This document shows, in pieces, positions 57,345 through 64,000 of a stretch of 64,000 nucleotides of DNA. The position numbers were made by a program, and so were the translations under genes. Origin of the DNA: Selaginella moellendorffii (Eukaryota > Plantae > Lycopodiophyta); the NCBI RefSeq assembly GCF_000143415.4, contig NW_003314299.1:1141581-1205580 (forward strand), given 5' to 3'. Numbering within the stretch: the first letter of the stretch is position 1; the number at the start of each line of letters is the position of its first letter. The notes beneath the pieces were generated by a model that saw only the letters and a program-made list of their open reading frames with translations, was not told where the DNA came from and did not search any database.

Positions 57345-57594
57345 TACAACCACCAAACTCCTGTGCCGTCTGCAAGGCAGTGCTTAGATCCCAGTACATT
57401 CGACAAGCTCCCAGCAGACTCTCTCACTCCTCTTGCCCAGGATCCCCTTGGAATCCTTCAGCTTCCCGGCCCTTGCAAACACATGTTGCTGAAGCAATCT
57501 GGATTCAAGCCATGGTTGCAGACTCCAAGTACTGCCACATGTTCACGAAAGTGATCTCCTCCTATTTCAAGGCCATGGCATGGAAGAGCCATGG
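57345..57594 (-). pseudogene. PLS/E-class PPR gene fragment
   Basis: WLFHAMALK*EEITFVN, RAGKLKDSKGIL, SLLGACRMYWDLSTALQTAQE; frameshifted and deleted. Confidence 0.55.
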
Positions 57595-58650
57595 CAACGT
57601 TGCCTACATTGCACATGACTTTGGTTTCAAGCATGTCGTCCATCACGTACTTGACACCCTCTCGTTGGATTCCAGAGTCTTTGATCCCACTGTATGGCTG
57701 GCTATCAACGCACATTCTTGGCGAATTGTTGAGGCAAACTCCTCCAGCCTGTGAGGATCAAATAATCATCAAACAATCGATCAATACTTTCTATATCTCA
57801 AACGCAAAGCTACCTCTATGTGCTCAAACGCATAGAAGGCCTTGTTTAGATCATGCATAAAGACGCTGGCCTGGAGACCGTAATGCGTGTTGTTAGCTTC
57901 CTTCACGGCTTCCTTGAAATCACTGCGTCACCACCGTTTTAGTTTAGAGAAAAAAAAGGAAGTAAAGAAGAACTTCAGGGGCTAAGAAACTTTGAGAGTT
58001 TACTTGTATGAGTAGAGAAGGATCACTGGACTGAAAATCTCTTCCTTCTTTGCATCTGTGTCAAAGGGAGCGTCTTCCAGGATCATTGGCTCCATGAAAG
58101 CTCCCCTTCGCTTACCACCAACTAAAAGTTTGGTGCCTGCCTTCACTGTCTTGTTCACGCTCTTCTCCACTGTAGCTGCCAATTGTTGAGTATACACTCT
58201 CTATGACATGATCCTAGATGGCAGGAGTGCCACTTCACTGATCCAGGTGTAGGCTAGAGGCATGTCTCTTCATCATGTATATATATCTTTGATATTATAT
58301 ACGACTATCCTTTGGAGTCATCCACCATCGTAGCTTCCGCTCTTCTTCTCTTCATGGTATCGGAGCCCTGAGGGCTTCAGATCCAGGGACGATGGCGCTG
58401 GCCGAGGAGGAGGTGGCTCATCGTCATCGTAGCTTCCGCTCTTCTTCTCTTCACCAATGACTTGGGCCAGATTGACATGTCGTCTTGGCGAGGATCTCCA
58501 CCTTTGAGTTTCTTAACGGCAGCAATCAATGTACACAACCAGCACCAAAGACGTTAGATCAAAGCTCGATTTGAGAACAAAGAATATGATAGAATTTAAA
58601 GATGAGTGTGGATATCTAGTCTTCAACAATAGCATTTTCTACAACATCCA
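57595..58650 (-). pseudogene. ALDH21-like aldehyde dehydrogenase C-terminal fragment, interrupted by an LTR relic
   Basis: AAVKKLKGGDP, LLVGGKRRGAFMEP, EEIFSPVILLYSY/DFKEAVKEANNTHYGLQ, DLNKAFYAFEH, VDSQPYSGIKDSGIQREGVKYVMDDMLETKV. Confidence 0.8.
58184..58453 (+). mobile_element. 270-bp internally deleted LTR retroelement (TRIM-like) with 5-bp TSD
   Basis: TG at 58184, CA at 58453, CCAAT on both flanks. LTR 58184-58354 followed by PBS TGGTATCGGAGCC; the last 29 bp of the LTR recur at 58425-58453. Confidence 0.85.
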
Positions 58651-58835
58651 TCTTATAACTGATATAAATCCCAGCTGAAAATATGTTTCTTTTTCAATAA
58701 TTTTTATTAAAAATAGTTTTATATTTTATGTAGATAATGGTATTCTATAGTATTTAAAAAGGCCAAAAATTTCTTACAGTTAGAAGCAAGTAGTGGTTCT
58801 TGAAATATAAAATATAGTTTAATTATTATTATTTA

Positions 58836-58880
<45 letters not shown>

Positions 58881-58934
58881 TTATATACCAAATGACGACG
58901 AGCCATTCTATATAGAACTAGCCCTAATCATCAG

Positions 58935-59255
58935 AACTGCTCACGAGAAACGAGAGTTGTTTGGTGTACCAGGCTTTGTCATTAAGGTGTGACAACTGGA
59001 TTCCACCGCTGTAAAAGGCAATATGTGTGATGGAGGATAGATTGACACTGTCCTTGGTCTCCTTCATTTTGTCCAAGTTTGTGAGAAGAAAATGGCCTAG
59101 ACATCACAACAAGATAGAAAAGATACCTGGATCAATGTATACACGGAAAATCATGGATATCTTTTGATCAAGTTTGAATTTTTCCTCATACCTTGTAAAG
59201 TTCCATCACTTTGGAGGTGAGCTTGGAAGTATCGTGCCAGGCATGGCGACTCGAC
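58935..59255 (-). pseudogene. Inverted second copy of the hydrolase/SDR chimeric junction
   Basis: Reverse complement of about 55190-55505 (hydrolase exon end, intron, SDR GHFLLTNL exon, next intron start). Confidence 0.85.
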
Positions 59256-59399
59256 TTTGTGGTGTTGTCCGAGTCTCCTTTTGGACAGGGCATGGGCATT
59301 TTTCCTTGAGTGGTTATGTTCGTTGGTGGAAATATTGCCTTCATTTCTTAAGGCATTATTCCATAATTATTTTGTCTTTTAAATATAGCATATTTGCGA

Positions 59400-59630
59400 G
59401 AAGATTGGTGAGGACAAAGCAGCCAGAATCATCAAGCAGCTGATAAAGACTTCAAATAGATTTATTTGAGAGGCGTGGTTCACCAGGATCTCAAGCTGGA
59501 CAACATTCTTTCCAAGCTAAACATGTGTGACAAAGTGGTGATCAACACCTTTAGGAGATATCACAACAGTGAAGTACATGGTAGCTGAGGTGGTGGAGAA
59601 CAAGGATTGGAGCTCTACATGGCAGCCTAC
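59400..59630 (+). pseudogene. Ser/Thr protein kinase fragment (CaMK/CDPK-like)
   Basis: EDKAARIIKQL, RGVVHQDLKLDNIL (HRDLKxxN-like), VKYMVAEVV (YxAPE-like); broken frame. Confidence 0.6.
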
Positions 59631-61004
59631 TCTACTTTTTTACAGACAAAGCCATGAACTGTTTTTAAAAAAGCCATTTCTGAAGGAATAAGACAGCATT
59701 AAATAAACTGTTGTGTATGTACGTGTTTATAGACACAACTTTGAAGCCATGAGCTTGGTTTGATTCAGTACATAATATTTGTACATTAACTCAGGGCATA
59801 GAAATGTTTTCCATGTCTGATTTTATTTAGTGTTTTGCTCTCTCTCGTAAAGGTATTAGGTAAAAAAAAAGTCTATATGTCATTCCAGAAGAGTTTTCTA
59901 CAATAATCATCTTAAAATTAATATAAATCATAGTTGTAAATATTTCTTTGATAAATGTTTTAATAAATAGTTGCTATATTTGTGTTGTAAAGACATACTA
60001 TATTTATATTACTTGAAACATTTAATAAATATTAATATATTTTTCTTTATATATTAATACGATATCTAATTAGATAGTATTAATTTTTATATTCTCTGAA
60101 ATATAAGTATCAACAATGTAATTTCTATAGTATAAAATGAAGAAGTATTAAGAGCAAAATGCTATAGTAACACTTTACTCACAAATGAAAAGCTTAATAA
60201 TACAAAGGATTTTTTAAATAAATAATAAATAAATAAATATTTATATTAATTCTTATTTAAAATTAAATAATGTATCATTTAAAAAATAGTATAATATTAA
60301 TTTTTCATTAATATTGTTGTAAAGTCAATTGCTTTTNNNNNNNNNNNNNNNNNNNNNNNNNNNNNNNNNNNNNNNNNNNNNNNNNNNNNNNNNNNNNNNN
60401 NNNNNNNNNNNNNNNNNNNNNNNNNNNNNNNNNNNNNNNNNNNNNNNNNNNNNNNNNNNNNNNNNNNNNNNNNNNNNNNNNNNNNNNNNNNNNNNNNNNN
60501 NNNNNNNNNNNNNNNNNNNNNNNNNNNNNNNNNNNNNNNNNNNNNNNNNNNNNNNNNNNNNNNNNNNNNNNNNNNNNNNNNNNNNNNNNNNNNNNNNNNN
60601 NNNNNNNNNNNNNNNNNNNNNNNNNNNNNNNNNNNNNNATCCTTGCTGACTAATTTGTTCTATAATGATTAGGTCATCTATATAGAATGACTGTATACAA
60701 AGACAACGAGCCATTCTATACCAAAAATCCCTTTACCATGCCATCCCATTAACTGCTCTTACCTCTGGAATGCCCAAATAATATACCAAATTGAGGAATA
60801 TGATTAAGCCACCTCTTCATGGGTTGAATAATTCTTTTAAGCTTTGAGTCCAAGCTTGTATTATTCTATTCCAGTAAACCATTTAAGAAATAGTGTTTGG
60901 TTGCAATCACTAAGTAAAAACTAAATAAACCAAGTGCTTGTTACATATTGAACTTAAGCAAGTTTTAATAAATTTTCTTTCTTTTAGAATTAGCATCTAA
61001 CTAT

Positions 61005-61030
61005 CCCAGCGGAGCTGGGTTCCCTGCTAG

Positions 61031-61031
<1 letters not shown>
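61005..61031 (+). mobile_element. Helitron-like 3' terminus
   Basis: GC hairpin CCCAGC-GGA-GCTGGG, 7 nt, then CTAG followed by T of a (TA)n tract. Confidence 0.5.
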
Positions 61032-61083
<52 letters not shown>

Positions 61084-61096
61084 ATATACATATACA

Positions 61097-61134
<38 letters not shown>
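61031..61134. repeat. (TA)n/(TACA) microsatellite
   Basis: Seen directly; another (TA)n lies at about 58840-58877. Confidence 0.95.
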
Positions 61135-61484
61135 GAGTCCTATTTAGGTAATATACTAATTATAGTACTATAGCATATATTTGAGATTAAATCTGGTCCA
61201 TCCATTCTTGTATATAAATGTTTAAACCTGAATTAATATAAAAAGTTAAATATAATAATTTTCTAGTATAGACACAATCTATAATGTTGTTATTTGTTTA
61301 GCTCAAAAACTCATGATAATATAACAACTTTAAAGGGAATGGTATTTTCCCAGAATTCTTAAATCAAATGTAATTTCGTGTGTAATTGCCAGTCTGCTCA
61401 ACTTTAATACAGATTTATGACCATCAGTTCATGTCAAATTTCTTTTAGGCTTTTGGCTGGCTGACGTAATATGGGTTAGGGCTG

Positions 61485-62577
61485 GTGATGGAGCACGTAG
61501 ATATCCTTTTGAAGCTTCCTGGGCCGAGTCTCTTGAGAGCCAGAGCTGTTTGCAAGGCTTGGAAAGAAGTAATTGATTCTCCATGGTTTTCAAACCGCTG
61601 GCCTGACAAGCTTTCTTCTAACATCGCCCTACATATTATTGCCATCGTCAAACCAAAAAGAGCCAATTGATGTGTGTTACCTGATGCTAAGCTATACCGT
61701 TTCCACTTATTAAAGAATGGGTTCCCCACCCAAAAAACTCTGCCTTCCCGGACCAGCACCAGCCCGGACTGAGAGACCGACTGGATATACGTAGATGGAA
61801 ATTCCAACTTGAACCACTTACCCAGAACCAAGTGGCATATGTTACACAAGGGCAAGCCCTCTAGGAGACGATCAGCAGCGGCAGCTATCAGCTGCCGACT
61901 CGAAATCTAGCTTGGAGAAGATCAAGAAGCAATTGAGCGCTGGCTCTGGGAATTCCGCTCTGCAAGGGCCACTTTTCAAGCGCAGGTTTATGCAAACAGC
62001 AGTCCTCTACTCTTGGAAGTCAGAGTGGCTCGTCACGGAGCAATGTCAGGAGGATATCAAAATGGAGGATTTTGCGGAATTTGTCACATCCTCTTCCACT
62101 GTTTGTGGCAACATCATCCATTCCATCGGGTCCAAAAACAAAGTGGCACTACTAAGTTGTCGTGTAGACAATGGCAAGGTTCTTTCGCTCCGCTACTTGA
62201 AGCTGGGATCTGAAGTACTTGAAGGGCGTTTTAAGCTCTTTGGTTGGGATGGCAAGCTCTACTTGCTGGGAGAAAATGACAGTCACTTATTTGGAGTCTT
62301 TGAAATAAGAGGAGAGAATGTAGTTCTGATAAGCTGGGCACCAGAAAGCATTTCTACAAAATTTCCCTTCGTAAGGTCGGCAAGCATCTACAACAATACT
62401 ATCTACTGCATTTTTCAAGTGAAGCTAGCAATGCTAGTAACTTACAACCTCAGTAAACATGGTTCGTGGCAGGTGGTACCACTTCCAGAACCATTACCTC
62501 CGTGCATTGGAATCTTAAATATTGTGAAGTTTAGTTTAGACTTACCGTTTGGGTTAGACTTGTGTAGTTCCTATTGA
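61485..62577 (+). pseudogene. F-box (beta-propeller/FBA-like C-terminus) pseudogene carrying an inserted PH-protein exon fragment
   Basis: ILLKLPGPSLLRARAVCKAWKEVIDSPWF, stop at 61670; downstream AVLYSWKSEW..LVTYNLSKHGSWQ; foreign segment SSLEKIKKQLSAGSGNSALQGPLFKR. Confidence 0.7.
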
Positions 62578-63119
62578 TTTTCTTTTTCTCCTCCACACCT
62601 TCTGTCTTGTGAGATATATTTTAAGGTGAAAGGTTGTTATGAAGGCAAATCATACACATTTCTAAATAATTTTCTGTGACACTGGAAACTCACTTCCACC
62701 ATGACAGCCTGCTGATCCAAGAGAGTTTTTTTTAACTGCCATTAAAAGGTGCTTGAAAGCTATTGTAGAAGAACCAGTTAACCTCTTATTATAGACAAAG
62801 TGGCCTGTCCAACAGCTTTTCGGATTGAGAAATTTTCGTTCCCACTATAAATCTCATCCAGGCCGAGCATTGAGCACAGAATAAGGCCCAGCACTGGAAA
62901 TGGCGGTGCTATCCGAAGGAATAATTTTGCAAAACCTTTACTCCTAAAATGTTAGAAACATGGTGTTAAGAATAAATAGGACAAAGGAAAATAAATGTGA
63001 ACGATAACATGGATCATGGTCAATCTCCCTTGCGGGAGGCTTACTTCCAAGCCTCTTTAGCAGAAATTATGTCTTTTGAGTGGACAAGTTGTCAGAGTTT
63101 CGGTACAGTCCTACCATTT

Positions 63120-63240
63120 AGATCTGTGATAGATGGTAATCAATCACGTCAATATATAGGCTAAAGAGGGCTGAGGAAAGCAGGCAGCCTTGCTTTAACC
63201 CAATGGTGTTGGTGATTGAGCAAGGATAATGTTGTATAGT
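63120..63240 (-). mobile_element. LINE reverse transcriptase relic
   Basis: TIGLKQGCLLSSALFSLYID resembles the LINE RT motif GxKQGCPLSPxLFxLYI. Confidence 0.65.
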
Positions 63241-64000
63241 GCCTAGATTATATCTCGGGTGTCCCCCGATAAGCTTTGTCTTGGGACTGTATCCAAGGCT
63301 TTCTTGAAGTTTACGAAGCAATATATCTGCTTGTGTGTGTGTGGTGCATAGCAAGTGATCCGCGCAATTGTATTATCGCCAGAAACCCGTCACACATTTC
63401 CCTTTCATTCTCTTGCCCTTCTTTTCAGGAGCCATGCTCGCAATTTAAGAGAGAAGACAAAAAGCAAAAAACAAGAATCAAGAAATGAACTCAACATAAG
63501 ACGCACCAATGGATGTGACATGTGATCTTATCATATGAGAATTCTTGCTTTCCGGGCCGGGCTGTGTCCAGGAGTTCTCGTGGATGCCCTGATGGATCTG
63601 TTGGAGGTGATCAAGCTCTCGTGGGAGATGGTCAATCCTCTGAAAGCCAGGCCAGTTTCGAGGAGGCCTGCTGCTGCTCATGGCAACAAGGACTACGGCT
63701 ACTACTACTGCTACAGTTGTTGACAGAATGACTCTCAGTGTGTTACGAAAAGGCTCTGCAGAGATTGGAAATGGGTGTGTCTCCCAAGCGTTGGAGCTCG
63801 AATCGCCCACGTCCGCCCGCACAACAAATCTCGTGTCCAACTTCTGAGCAAGACTACCATCTTTCAGATGTAGATTGATCTCTTTATTCAAGCCAGAACG
63901 AGGCCGGGGTTGGTGCGAGCATGCCAAGCGTATGCATTCTCTAGACAAAGCGATTGGCCGTACCGATCTCTCAAACGAGATCCAGAACAAGATCAGCAGC

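Noticed and set aside
62820-62930. GC-richer stretch considered as tRNA/snRNA
   Set aside because: No cloverleaf, A/B boxes or match to snRNA sequences I know.
63478-63990. 170-aa minus-strand ORF at the window end
   Set aside because: Non-ATG start, no motifs, truncated context; cannot be assigned.

Overview
Eukaryotic (land-plant) nuclear DNA with four N gaps. Very short introns (mostly about 45-65 nt), very tight gene packing and an ALDH21-like fragment point to a lycophyte such as Selaginella (inference). 1-20.3 kb is a dense block of 11 genes: SKIP14-like F-box, PLR1, two non-canonical Dof-like zinc-finger genes, an OB-fold protein, a DUF579/GXM methyltransferase, a DExH6-like helicase, PSA3, TRM4/NSUN2 and a GH9C endoglucanase. 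21-36.7 kb is an AT-rich block of decayed transposons. It holds a minus-strand Tat-like Ty3/gypsy element (gag, G-patch, PR, extra RNase H, RT, RH) with an antisense MULE/SWIM transposase relic before its PPT/3' LTR, a tandem array of hairpins and a third LTR copy. Next come a valyl-tRNA synthetase whose last exon continues in frame into an F-box-like motif, a BET3 pseudogene head-to-head with GMP synthase, a long hairpin and an inverted-repeat element upstream of a lipoxygenase. 54.7-61 kb is a mosaic of broken gene fragments (alpha/beta-hydrolase, SDR, PPR, ALDH21, kinase) ending near a Helitron-like 3' terminus. The strongest novelty candidates are the ValRS-F-box fusion, the CX2CX20CX2C Dof-like pair and the gene-fragment mosaic. 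All homology calls come from reading motifs by eye; no searches were run.
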